This document shows, one piece after another, positions 26,564 through 35,911 of a DNA stretch of 64,000 nucleotides. The position numbers and the translations under genes were made by a program. A model generated the notes under the pieces. The model was given only the letters and a program-made list of their open reading frames with translations. It was not told where the DNA came from and made no database searches. This stretch comes from Collinsella sp. (GTDB lineage Bacteria; Actinomycetota; Coriobacteriia; Coriobacteriales; Coriobacteriaceae), in assembly GCA_048428865.1 (NCBI GenBank), contig DBFOPP010000051.1, positions 1,302 through 65,301 of the forward strand, written 5' to 3'. Each line of letters opens with the position of its first letter. Position 1 is the stretch's first letter.

Positions 26564-27826
26564 TTAGAGGCTGTACACTTCGACCATAGCTTCGCCAATG
26601 CGATGGGGCACGCCGGTGACGAGTGCGTTGCCCATGCAGAAGGCTCGATGGCCGTCAGTCATGCCCGTATCGGTCCAGCCTTTCGGGAATCCCTGAAGCT
26701 GATCGAGCTCGTCGGGAACAAGACGGCGGAAACGGCCATCGGGACATTCGATGACGTGCTTGAAGCGGCTCGCTCCCGTGCCGCCTTCTCCTGTGAGGAT
26801 GGTGCGGCTCGGCTTGTCGGTGGCATCCGGGAAGCTCATGGCTCCTTCGGAATACGTGTACGTAAAGCCTGTCTTTTTGTTAGTGCGCTCTTCGCGCTTG
26901 CTGCCCTTAAGGTAGCGCCAGTCGGGAAGCTTTTCGTCGGAGATGTAGAACTGCTCCGGGACATAAGCCTCGTCGACAAGCACGTCGCCAAGCACGTGGC
27001 GCTCACCGTGATAGTCCTCGGCAAAGTCGCAGGTCAGAACATGACAGCCCTGCATGACGCCAGCATTCTTGAATTGAGAGGTCTTTTGGCCGACGCCAAA
27101 ACGAGTTGAGTTCTCGTAGGGGTCGGGTAAAACATCGAGCTCGGACATCTCGTCGGGATAGATGGCGGGGAAGGCTTTAGCCATGACGCCGTTGTGCATG
27201 CGATCAACGAGATCAACCTTGCCAGCGTCCTTTTCGCAGAAGATATAAACACGCTTGCGACGCTGGGGAAAACCATATTCCGCGGAGTTGACCACGCGCC
27301 ATTCGACCGTGTAATCGAGGTCGGCAAGGCAGCTTAGGATGATGGCGAAGTCGCGACCGCGCTGAGACGCGGGCGACTTGAGCAGACGATCGACATTCTC
27401 AAAGAGACCGAAGCGCGGCTTCTTCATCTCGAGGAAGTGGTAGATGCCCCACCAAAGGACACCCTTCTTGCCCTCGATGCCATGTGCCTGGTTAAGCGGG
27501 CGAGCGACGGAGTAATCCTGGCAAGGGAAGCCGCCGACAACCATCTGGACGTCGGGGATTTCAACCTCTCCGGCTTCAGCCTGTTCCAGGACTTTATTGA
27601 TATCTTCGTTGACTACGGAATCCTCGCCAAAGCGGTCCATATAGCAGCGTGCCGCGAACTGACGAGCCTTGGTTCCGGGCGGTTCCCACTGATTGGCCCA
27701 AATGGTGCGAAAGGGTCCGGCGGGCTTCATGTAGAAATCTGGATAACGAGGGTCAGCATAGCCTTCGAGGCCCAAACGAAATCCGCCGACGCCAGCAAAA
27801 AGCTCGGCGATTTTGACCTCTGACAT
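26564..27826 (-). CDS. DNA (cytosine-5)-methyltransferase, M.Sau3AI-like
   Basis: ELFAGVGG, WANQWEP, GGFPCQDYS, ENVDRLLKSP, PQRRKR, MGNAL. Confidence 0.93.
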   Translation of the reverse strand: MSEVKIAELFAGVGGFRLGLEGYADPRYPDFYMKPAGPFRTIWANQWEPPGTKARQFAARCYMDRFGEDSVVNEDINKVLEQAEAGEVEIPDVQMVVGGFPCQDYSVARPLNQAHGIEGKKGVLWWGIYHFLEMKKPRFGLFENVDRLLKSPASQRGRDFAIILSCLADLDYTVEWRVVNSAEYGFPQRRKRVYIFCEKDAGKVDLVDRMHNGVMAKAFPAIYPDEMSELDVLPDPYENSTRFGVGQKTSQFKNAGVMQGCHVLTCDFAEDYHGERHVLGDVLVDEAYVPEQFYISDEKLPDWRYLKGSKREERTNKKTGFTYTYSEGAMSFPDATDKPSRTILTGEGGTGASRFKHVIECPDGRFRRLVPDELDQLQGFPKGWTDTGMTDGHRAFCMGNALVTGVPHRIGEAMVEVYSL

Positions 27827-27888
27827 ACTCACTCCCCCAAATCGCTGCAAATGCAAAGATCAAGGGTACAGAAATCGGGTTGCAAATG

Positions 27889-27910
27889 GAAGATCCCTTA
27901 GGGGATCTTC
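27889..27910. promoter_or_regulatory. GATC-containing palindrome in the divergent R-M promoter
   Basis: gaagatccc-ttag-gggatcttc immediately upstream of a -10-like TATAAC (27915-27920). Confidence 0.55.
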
Positions 27911-27975
27911 ACGGTATAACCCGAATTTACAGTAGCATACGTATTAGATCATGTCTTATTTCGAGAGGATTTGCC

Positions 27976-29481
27976 ATGTCCAAGAAGCACCTCGATTTCA
28001 AGCGCATGCTTGACGATACTGATTTTTCTGACCCCTCTAGCATCGAGCGGTATGCTGCCAATCTCGACGGGATGACGTTTCGCGACATTCTGGAGCTTGG
28101 CATTGCGCCGGAGGGGGAGAGCGCGCCTAAGGACTTTGGATCCAAGAAGTACAAGGGCGGTATGGGAACCCTGATCGAGGAGCGTTACTTTGGCTACAAG
28201 GCCAACAGCGACGACCGGCCGGACTTTCCCGAGGCGGGTGTCGAGCTCAAGGCAACGTGTTTTGACGTACTTAAAGACGGTCGTAAATCTGCCGGTGAAC
28301 GTCTTGTCTTGACGATGATTCCCTACGACCGTCCCGTTTCGCTCGACTACGACAGCTCGCATCTCAAGACCAAGCTCAGCAATATCCTGCTGATTTATTA
28401 CGGCCGTGACCGCTCCATCGACAAATACGACCAGCGCATTGAGCGTGCAGTCATGGTTCGTCTGCCCGAAGAGGATATGAAGATCATTCGCGCCGACTAC
28501 GAGAAAATCATTTCGTACATTCAGGATGGTCGCGCAGACGAGCTGTCGGAGGGCATGACCACCTACTTGGGCGCCTGCACAAAGGGCGCAACCGAAGCGA
28601 CAATGTGGGTCGACCAGTACTACGAGTACTTCAATACCGATACGGGCGAGATCGAACGCCGTCGCGCGAAGCGTCGCGCCTTTTCTCTCAAACGCTCGTA
28701 CATGGACTATGTGCTTCACGCCTATGTTCTCGGTGCCCCGCGTATCGGCGAGAGCATCGTTCGAGGCGACGACGAGTCCATTGATTTCGAAAGCTACGTA
28801 ACTGGACTGATCGAGCAACACTATGGCGAAACTGATCGCCAGATTGCGGAGCAGTACGGCTTGGAATACACAGGAAACAAGGCGCAATGGACGACACTCG
28901 TTTATCGCATGCTCGGCATAAAAAACAATGCTGCCGAGGAGTTCGTTAAGGCTGGGATTAACGTCCGCGCTTGTCGCGTTAATAAGAGGGGGCACATCGA
29001 GCAAGCAATGTCCTTCCCTCCGTTTGAGTTTAAGCAGCTAATCAATGAGGATTGGGAAACGTCTTCCTTCCGTGCGCGCCTTGAGACCAGTCGTTTCTTC
29101 TTTGTCGTGTTCCGTGAGGACCACGAGGGGGAGTGGCGCCTTGACCGCTGCCTATTCTGGGCAATGCCGGCAAACGAAATCGAAGGCCCCGCAAAGGCTT
29201 GTTGGGATGAGACACGAAAGGTCATTCGCGAGGGCGTTGAGCTCAATCCGTATCGGGATGCAAGCGGAAAGCTCAAAGTGACCAACAACCTGCCCGGTAT
29301 GGCAGACAACCCGATCGTTCACGTCCGCCCGCATACCTCAAAAGCTGCGTACAGATTCGCCGACGGAACCGAAATCGGCGATATTGCGAGGAACGCCTAC
29401 GAGTTGCCCGACGGACGTTGGATGACCAGGCAATCGTTCTGGTTTAACAAGGGCTATTTGGAGCATATTTTGGGACTGTAA
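27976..29481 (+). CDS. Sau3AI/MutH-family type II restriction endonuclease
   Basis: KGGMGTLIEERYFGY..NSD..PDF..AGVELK, ERLVL, LSEGMTTYLGACTKG, RAFSLK, HVRPH, FWFNK; duplicated MutH-like domains. Confidence 0.9.
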   Translation: MSKKHLDFKRMLDDTDFSDPSSIERYAANLDGMTFRDILELGIAPEGESAPKDFGSKKYKGGMGTLIEERYFGYKANSDDRPDFPEAGVELKATCFDVLKDGRKSAGERLVLTMIPYDRPVSLDYDSSHLKTKLSNILLIYYGRDRSIDKYDQRIERAVMVRLPEEDMKIIRADYEKIISYIQDGRADELSEGMTTYLGACTKGATEATMWVDQYYEYFNTDTGEIERRRAKRRAFSLKRSYMDYVLHAYVLGAPRIGESIVRGDDESIDFESYVTGLIEQHYGETDRQIAEQYGLEYTGNKAQWTTLVYRMLGIKNNAAEEFVKAGINVRACRVNKRGHIEQAMSFPPFEFKQLINEDWETSSFRARLETSRFFFVVFREDHEGEWRLDRCLFWAMPANEIEGPAKACWDETRKVIREGVELNPYRDASGKLKVTNNLPGMADNPIVHVRPHTSKAAYRFADGTEIGDIARNAYELPDGRWMTRQSFWFNKGYLEHILGL

Positions 29482-29636
29482 CAAGACCGTCTTCACATGC
29501 TGGTGCGCCCCGGACGCTGTCACGGCTGTGGTATCGATGTCGTGTATGACGATGCGGACACCTAATTGTCTGTCGGGTGCTTCTGCCTTTGGGCGATACC
29601 TTGCCGCCAGGAGCGCTCGCCGGTACCTAAGATATC

Positions 29637-30335
29637 TTACAGGTAGATCCCCTCGCACAGGGGCTTGTGGAACTGGGTGTGGTGGTCGCGTGCCCAGGTA
29701 AAAAGTGCCTGGTCAAAGTTGCCCTGTCTGGCGTGGATGCCAAAGACGCCGGCGACTTCCACGCGCACGAACTCCAGCGCGGGCAGCTTGTTGATAGCCG
29801 TGAGCGCAAACGGCGACATGGGCTCCTCGAACAGGTAATGGCTGCCTTGCAGCGCGCCACAGGCGGTGCAGGTGCTGGCGAGCGATACGGTTTTGGTGGT
29901 GCGCGACGTTACGGGCTTGTAGCCGCAGCGCTCGCGCAGGTAGTCGCGGATCTCGGCCGGCACGCAGCCCAGCGCGGGAACGATGGCTATGGCGTTGGCG
30001 CGGGCGGTGTCGATCGCGATGTGGCCCGCGTCGTCCATGGCGGGCGCAGCGCCGGGCGCGGCCTTGCTGCCCGAGTCCTCGGCCAACCGATACGGAATGC
30101 CAAAGGCCGCGACCGTCGTCTGCTCGTGGCACTTCCAACATTCGCGCTTGCCAAGCACCAGATAGATGTAGGGCGCGCTGGGGTCGGAACGATCCACGCC
30201 GGGCAGCCACGCGGCAAAGGGCTCGGGGTTGACGCCATCGGGCACGTACCAGATCTTCTTGACCCGGTCCCACTTGGCGCCCAGGGCCTTGGCCTGGTCT
30301 TTGTGCGAAAAGGGAACATCGAGCTCGGTGCGCAT
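29637..30335 (-). CDS. DUF5710-domain protein with putative Zn-binding domain
   Basis: LDVPFSHKDQAKALGAKWD...KIWY, then CWKC and CTAC pairs; RBS aaggag. Confidence 0.75.
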   Translation of the reverse strand: MRTELDVPFSHKDQAKALGAKWDRVKKIWYVPDGVNPEPFAAWLPGVDRSDPSAPYIYLVLGKRECWKCHEQTTVAAFGIPYRLAEDSGSKAAPGAAPAMDDAGHIAIDTARANAIAIVPALGCVPAEIRDYLRERCGYKPVTSRTTKTVSLASTCTACGALQGSHYLFEEPMSPFALTAINKLPALEFVRVEVAGVFGIHARQGNFDQALFTWARDHHTQFHKPLCEGIYL

Positions 30336-30693
30336 GGCGGCTCCTTTGTGCGGCTTGCGGTGCATGTGCTCCAAGGATACCCCAGCGGCGGACGTCCGAT
30401 GCATGCCGACGGAATTGCTGATGTTCTTGCTGTTGGCCGCGGCTGTTTGCGAACGCGACGGTGCCGTTGGGGCATTGCTATAAGTCAGCAAATGAGCAAT
30501 TTGGCCGTCCAAGCAGTCGCAAAGCAAAATGGAAGTCCCGCGCCGTCAAGCAGTTTTGCCACTGCTGCACTACATAACCACAGTTAAACGCGGCAATTCG
30601 CTCTTGTACAGTCTTAACCGTGATCACACGTCATTAGTAGCTCAGAGGTTAGGGCGGTGACTGAATGGCTCGGTACAAAGGCGAGAATAGGGC

Positions 30694-30903
30694 ATGGGAA
30701 GGAGCCGCTCGGCTGCTCGCAAATCCGGCGCGCGGACGTGAAGGTGTGCGAGACCCCCTAAGCACGTGGCCGAGATTGGCGGGTGGAGCCTGCGCCAAGT
30801 CCAGAAGTGGTGCGCGGACGGGACGCTCCCCGCGATGATGATCGGCGGCACCTGGGCGATCAGCGGGCAGAAAATCTGCGACATGCTCGGCATTGAGGAC
30901 TAG
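30694..30903 (+). pseudogene. Frameshifted excisionase-like HTH remnant
   Basis: 3' frame reads PKHVAEIGGWSLRQVQKWCADGTLPAMMIGGTWAI (MerR/HTH_17-like); joins the upstream frame VKVCET only by a shift in the C5 run at 30754-30758. Confidence 0.6.
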
Positions 30904-31065
30904 CGATGCCTATGGAAGCATTCAAGGAAAATGACACCGGTGGCCGTATACTTGGCGGCGGGGCCACCGGCGGCGAGTGGACAGGCCGGGGGCCTGTCGT
31001 GGCTGCATCTTACAGCTCGGTCACGGGGAGCGCCGCCTCGCAGCTCGATTGCGGGGTGAGCCAGC

Positions 31066-31430
31066 ATGAACGATAAGGAGAAGGCCGACTTGGCGTTCCT
31101 CTCTATGGAGCCGCCCAAGAACTACGAGACTTGGAAGAACATCGGCATCAGCTACGAGGCCGCTGGAGGCGACCACGACACGTTCCTTAGCTGGTGCTCC
31201 CACGACCCCGAGAAGTACGACGAGGCCGTTACCCGCAAGCTCTTCGAGCATGTGGACGAGGGCGGTAGGATCACGGCGGGCACGCTCTTCTGGCATGCGG
31301 CGAACGCAGGCTGAAAGAGCACGGGCGACCATACAAGCGGAGCGCTTTGCACGGCCTCCGGCGGCCAGGACCTCTCCGGATTGCCGTACTTGGAGCAGGC
31401 GATCAAGCAAATCGAGGCCAAGGCGTTTTA
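31066..31430 (+). pseudogene. Truncated PriCT-2 (primase C-terminal) replication protein remnant
   Basis: YETWKNIG...F.SW...EKYD...ITAGTLFWHA..AG, then TGA at the position of the usual Trp; frame continues a short way after the stop. Confidence 0.65.
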
Positions 31431-31599
31431 CCTGCACTTCTGCTGTTTACGGGAAGCAAACAGCCGTTCGGTGACGTTTTCAAGCTCAGGTCTCCAATCC
31501 CTCTGATTGCTGCTAATCTATAAAGTTAGCGAGTTGAATTCTTTTCGAGTTTGTGACGCTCGCATACGGTCATTCTAGGACGCCGAAGGGGTGATTGCG

Positions 31600-32676
31600 A
31601 TGAGCGTTGATAGTTCCACGGAGGATAAGGCTCAGAGCGCCTCCATTGGTGCTGTGGATTTGTTTTGCGGGGTCGGGGGCCTGACCTACGGTTTACGCAC
31701 CGCTGGCATCGATGTGGTGGCTGGGTTTGACCTCGATTCCTCTTGCCAGTACGCCTACGATGCGAACAACGGTAAGGACAAGTTCATCTGCAAGAACATC
31801 GCCGAGGTCACCGGGGAGGAAGTCAAGGAGCTCCTGAAGGACTTTGACATCAAAGTCTTGGTAGGGTGCGCTCCTTGCCAGCCCTTCTCGAAGCACCGCA
31901 AGGACAAGAAGCATCGCGAGAAGCACAAGGACTGGGGGTTGCTTGCGCAGTTTGGGAGGCTTGTACGTGAAGTGCAGCCAGATTACGTGTCCATGGAGAA
32001 CGTGCCCGAGCTCGAGAAGGAGAGCATCTTCTCTGGTTTCTTGAACACGCTTAAGGAGTCCGGATACTCGGTGGAATACAGCGTCGTAAAGGCTGAGGAG
32101 TACGGTGTGCCCCAGCATCGGCGGCGATTGATTCTGCTAGCTTCTAGAAATGGGTCCATCAGCTTGATTGACCCTACGAATGATAACGCTCATGCTGTTA
32201 CGGTTCGGCAGGCAATAGGTGCGCTGCCTGCCGTGAGCGCTGGCGGCTCTTGCAGGGGGGACTCTCTGCAAACGGCGTCGGCGCTATCAGAACTAAACTT
32301 GAAGCGCATTAAGGCTTCGACGCCTAATGGCACGTGGCGAGATTGGCCTGAGGATCTGAGGCTTGATTGTCATAAAAAGGCTGCTGGCCAAACGTACCCT
32401 GCGGTCTACGGGAGGATGGCTTGGGACGAGACGTCCCCAACTATAACTACGCAGTTCTATATGTACGGTACGGGCCGGTTTGGGCATCCAGAGCAAAATC
32501 GAGCCCTAACCTTGCGTGAGGGTGCCGTCTTGCAGAGCTTCCCGCAGGATTACAAGTTCATTAGGCCTGGCGAGAAGATCAGCAAGAAAGCTGTGGCACG
32601 GCATATTGGAAACGCCGTGCCACCAAAGCTCGGCGAAGCGGTTGGCAAAAGCATAATTGCCGCTTGCGTACACTAG
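31600..32676 (+). CDS. DNA (cytosine-5)-methyltransferase (second, no adjacent type II REase)
   Basis: DLFCGVGG, GCAPCQPFS, MENV, PQHRRR, GRFGHP, IGNAVPP. Confidence 0.93.
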   Translation: MSVDSSTEDKAQSASIGAVDLFCGVGGLTYGLRTAGIDVVAGFDLDSSCQYAYDANNGKDKFICKNIAEVTGEEVKELLKDFDIKVLVGCAPCQPFSKHRKDKKHREKHKDWGLLAQFGRLVREVQPDYVSMENVPELEKESIFSGFLNTLKESGYSVEYSVVKAEEYGVPQHRRRLILLASRNGSISLIDPTNDNAHAVTVRQAIGALPAVSAGGSCRGDSLQTASALSELNLKRIKASTPNGTWRDWPEDLRLDCHKKAAGQTYPAVYGRMAWDETSPTITTQFYMYGTGRFGHPEQNRALTLREGAVLQSFPQDYKFIRPGEKISKKAVARHIGNAVPPKLGEAVGKSIIAACVH

Positions 32677-33479
32677 CCCTCTTCTGATTCGGTCATACCG
32701 CGCCGATATTCACCGGCGTTGAGGTAGGTCGAAACATCCTTGCGGAGCTGCATCAAAAATGAGTCAACATGATTGACTAGCTCCGCAAGCTCCGATGTTG
32801 TCACCTGATTGCTTGCTTCTGCAAACGAAATTGATCCATGAGCTAGGTCATTCCGTCGATTCTTGATGTCTTTAAGCTCGCTCTTAATCTCATCCCTCTT
32901 GCAGTTCGCTATATCATCATGAATCGATATTCCGTGGTCATCAAAGAGCTTGAGGATTTTGTCTGCATCTAGATTTCCACCGGCGATGGTGTTCCGAACG
33001 CTGAATTGAAGTACGTTATTTTTAACAGCATGATCAAGCAACCTCTTGCTTATGGACTCGGCAGTACTATTGCTGGCTTTTGGGTCGCTCAACCCGTTAT
33101 ACATTTGGGTATGGTGCCAAATCGATTGAAGCTTTTCGGAAACCTCAGCGTAGCCGCAACCCTCGTCCTTTACTCTGTCGTAAATCGCCTGCATGAGATT
33201 AGTGACTGAGTACTCAATGATGTTGTAGATCATAAGCTTGACGTTGGAGCGGATGACACTGGAAACGAGGGTCACATCTGGTGTCGATGAGGGCAGGCCA
33301 CTGGGATTTGCCTTTTCAGCGATTTCGTACGCTCCTCGCATTACAGCATTGTAGCGCACGCCCTCTGCACCTTGGTCAAGCGAATCGAGCAGGGTCGCGA
33401 GCGTAATCATGCTCTTGGTCTCACCAAGGCGGTCGTTGTAGACCTCTTCGTACCCCAAGTTAAAGTCATTGGAATCCAT
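32673..33479 (-). CDS. HEPN-like nuclease (MAE_28990/MAE_18760 family)
   Basis: LMIYNIIE, GGNLDA, RRNDLAHG (RxxxxH HEPN motif) followed by SF. Confidence 0.78.
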   Translation of the reverse strand: MDSNDFNLGYEEVYNDRLGETKSMITLATLLDSLDQGAEGVRYNAVMRGAYEIAEKANPSGLPSSTPDVTLVSSVIRSNVKLMIYNIIEYSVTNLMQAIYDRVKDEGCGYAEVSEKLQSIWHHTQMYNGLSDPKASNSTAESISKRLLDHAVKNNVLQFSVRNTIAGGNLDADKILKLFDDHGISIHDDIANCKRDEIKSELKDIKNRRNDLAHGSISFAEASNQVTTSELAELVNHVDSFLMQLRKDVSTYLNAGEYRRGMTESEEG

Positions 33480-33484
33480 AAGGT

Positions 33485-34543
33485 TTACCGCTCCGCCTTC
33501 AGCTTGTTGGCAACGAAATCAATGCGAGCTTTCAACTTGGCCTTTACGTTTGCCGAGTCTGACCGCACAAGGGTCTGGAACTCTTCGCAATCAATCCAAG
33601 ACATGTCTTTGCGCGAAAGGTCCTTGTCCTCCGACAACGCCACGGCAACGCCGACCGCAATAGCTTCGAAACGCGCATGAGGAGTCGTTTTTCCTGTCGG
33701 TGTCTTTTTGAAACCCCTGTCTCCCAAGCACTTCTCAACGTATTCCAACATTTCTTTGAAGCGAGCGACGAGTTCATTGCGCTTGTCAGGTGACTCGGCA
33801 AGCTCGATGTTCATGCGATTCGTGTATTCATCCAGGTAACTAGCAACGCGGTCTTTGTAACCCTCGAAATCTGGGTAGCCGTCTGCATAGGCGAAGAAAC
33901 GAGTGACAAGTTCCATGTCATCGTAGTGTTTGCGCGCCGTCTCGCTTAACGGGGCAAGTTTTATAAAGAGCGGATCTTTGGAGAGCTCGCTTACTAGTTT
34001 TGTAAAATCGCCGCCCATGGAGCCACGGCGAATTTCTTGCGATTTGAGCTGCTTGCCCGATGAATTGATACGACGAAAAATCTCCTGTCGGACGTCAAAG
34101 GTGGTCCCTTCCTCAAGGTAAACCACTCGAAAGCTCGCGTTATCGAATCTTCTTTGTACTTCTATGGGAAGTTCTGAATAGGTCTTTCCGTTGACAGATG
34201 TAAGGATGTCTAGATTGCACAAGGTTAAATCGCCTCTGGCAAAGTTCACCAAGGCGTTCATCCTTTGCGCTCCATCAACGATTTCCGTTCTGCCATCTTC
34301 AGCATCGGCAAAGAACATGTAGGGAATGGGCAGGCCAATTAGCACAGACTCAATAAAGTAGCTGCAGTCAACGTCCGTCCAGACGAAGTTCCGTTGATAG
34401 TCAAGCGGAATGTAGAATGCATCAGCATTGAACTTATTGATGAGGTATTCCGCAACGTATTCGCGAGTGCTGAATCGCACATCCTTTTTCTTGTCGCGAA
34501 TCTGTTCGGAAATCTCGATCGTCTCACTTTGTTGATCAGTCAA
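33485..34543 (-). CDS. DUF262 (GmrS/ParB-like) domain protein
   Basis: YQRNFVW, FIESVLIGLPIP, IVDGAQR, IFRRINSSG; TTG start. Confidence 0.88.
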   Translation of the reverse strand: MTDQQSETIEISEQIRDKKKDVRFSTREYVAEYLINKFNADAFYIPLDYQRNFVWTDVDCSYFIESVLIGLPIPYMFFADAEDGRTEIVDGAQRMNALVNFARGDLTLCNLDILTSVNGKTYSELPIEVQRRFDNASFRVVYLEEGTTFDVRQEIFRRINSSGKQLKSQEIRRGSMGGDFTKLVSELSKDPLFIKLAPLSETARKHYDDMELVTRFFAYADGYPDFEGYKDRVASYLDEYTNRMNIELAESPDKRNELVARFKEMLEYVEKCLGDRGFKKTPTGKTTPHARFEAIAVGVAVALSEDKDLSRKDMSWIDCEEFQTLVRSDSANVKAKLKARIDFVANKLKAER

Positions 34544-34767
34544 TCGCCTTCACCTCAATCTATAGCAGGACGAAGCCAACTTAGGTCTGACTGGCTGTGG
34601 GATGTGAAGCCCTCTCCCATAACCAATGCTGCACTCTAATGATACCAGCAGATGCCTGGCATTAGAGTCGTGCCCCTCTGCCACTTTGTGACGCCCGTCT
34701 AGGCTGCTCGTATCGAGTAACTGGGCGGGCGCCTTGTTGTGCCTGCCGCGATTTGAAAGCAGGATAC

Positions 34768-35030
34768 ATGGACGGTGAGACTCATGGCGACGAGGCGGCG
34801 AAGGTCGAGCTCGCGGAAGGGCAAGAGGACGCGAGGTCGGCAGAGGTGGCGGACGCCCTTCGCTCGGGGATCGAAGCGGTGGAGGGCGCAGCAGCCGACG
34901 AGCGCGTGGAGTACTGAGCTCAGGCTCGCTGGGGCGCGGAGCGTCAAGGCCGCGCGTGCCCTTCTCGACGAACACGGGGGCGACGTGGGCGCGCTCAAGG
35001 AGGCGGAGCCCTGACTCTTCTCGGTCTCCC
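34768..35030 (+). pseudogene. Possible phage scaffolding-protein remnant
   Basis: Broken frames MDGETHGDEAAKVE... and ELRLAGARSVKAARALLDEHGGDVGALKEAEP*LF, resembling the K..EPWLF end of siphophage scaffold proteins. Confidence 0.4.
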
Positions 35031-35072
35031 CGCGTCCGCTGGGACCACGGGGCTGCCAAACGCGGGAGCCGC

Positions 35073-35469
35073 TGTTTGTGTCGACGACAAGCTGAACATT
35101 GTGGCGCGACCAAATTGAGCACTTTGGCAAACACGCCGCGTTAACCTATCCCACCGCCTTGCCGAGTATGAGCGTCGCCTCCATACGGTGACTCGCGCCG
35201 GTGAACTCGACCAGGCGGCCGTGGTGGACGATGCGGTCGATCATCGCCGCCGCCATCTTGTCGTCCCCCAGGACCGTGCCCCACTTGCTGAACTCAATGT
35301 TTGTGGTGATGACCAGGCTGTGCCTCTCGTAGCAGTCCGACACCCCCTGGAACAGCAGCCTCGCGCTGTCGAGGTCCAGCGGCACGTAGCCGAACTCGTC
35401 CAGGATGACCAGGTCGTTTCTGGCGATGTCCCTCATCGCCGCCTCCAGCGAGTGCTCGCGCGCCGCCTT
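35073..35469 (-). mobile_element. istB: IS21-family remnant: 3' part of istB and probable right end
   Basis: Frame KAAREHSLEAAMRDIARNDLVILDEFGYVP...ITTNIEFSKW...DRIVHHG (stop at 35146); Walker A and istA absent; candidate terminus TGTTTGTGTCGAC at 35073. Confidence 0.8.
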
Positions 35470-35490
35470 TTGGGATACATTTGGGATACA
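35469..35490. repeat. Tandem TTTGGGATACA direct repeat (integrase arm-site-like)
   Basis: tttgggataca-tttgggataca about 60 bp from the tRNA 3' end. Confidence 0.55.
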
Positions 35491-35505
35491 GCGCTATATA
35501 CAAGA

Positions 35506-35540
35506 AACCGGTCTACCGCATTTCCGCAGGTAGACCGGTT
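35506..35540 (-). terminator. Hairpin downstream of tRNA-Val
   Basis: aaccggtctacc...ggtagaccggtt 12-bp stem. Confidence 0.6.
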
Positions 35541-35547
35541 GAACAAT

Positions 35548-35622
35548 TGGTGGGCGTTAGAAGATTTGAACTTCTGACCTCTTCCGTGTCAGGGAAGCGC
35601 TCTCCCCCTGAGCTAAACGCCC
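35548..35622 (-). tRNA. tRNA-Val (anticodon GAC)
   Basis: Reverse complement GGGCGTTTAGCTCAGGGGGAGAGCGCTTCCCT-GAC-ACGGAAGAGGTCAGAAGTTCAAATCTTCTAACGCCCACCA; cloverleaf, TTC loop, encoded CCA. Confidence 0.97.
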
Positions 35623-35911
35623 GATCAAGGGTGCGCAAGCGCGCAAGGGATAATATAACGGAGCCTGAACTCGGTGGCAAGAACATTTTTAAAAATCGCT
35701 TACATTGTGGAATTCGGGGGCTTCGTCATATCCATTTTAAAAGAGCCTGCTGCCGCGATTTGGCTGTCGCATAATGCAAGGCCATTGCGGTATCGAGCTA
35801 TGGAAAGACACCTGCGGAATTGTCCTACCGATAAGCGGACAAGCCTCCAGCTGGTGACTTCGCCGTGGTAAGGTAAGCCGAATTGTTTCCAGGCTGTTTC
35901 GGGGGAGTGGA

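Noticed and set aside
29482..29560. Short TCWCAPDA/CHG peptide (DUF4326-like) or tRNA-3'-like tggtgcgccc after the REase
   Set aside because: Needs a frameshift, is too short and does not match the tRNA-Val 3' end, so it cannot be called an att site
31312..35014. TGA at expected Trp positions in two remnants (31312, 35012) as stop-codon recoding
   Set aside because: Both lie in otherwise broken pseudogenes; TGA ends normal genes and TGG encodes Trp throughout the window, so simple G>A decay explains it
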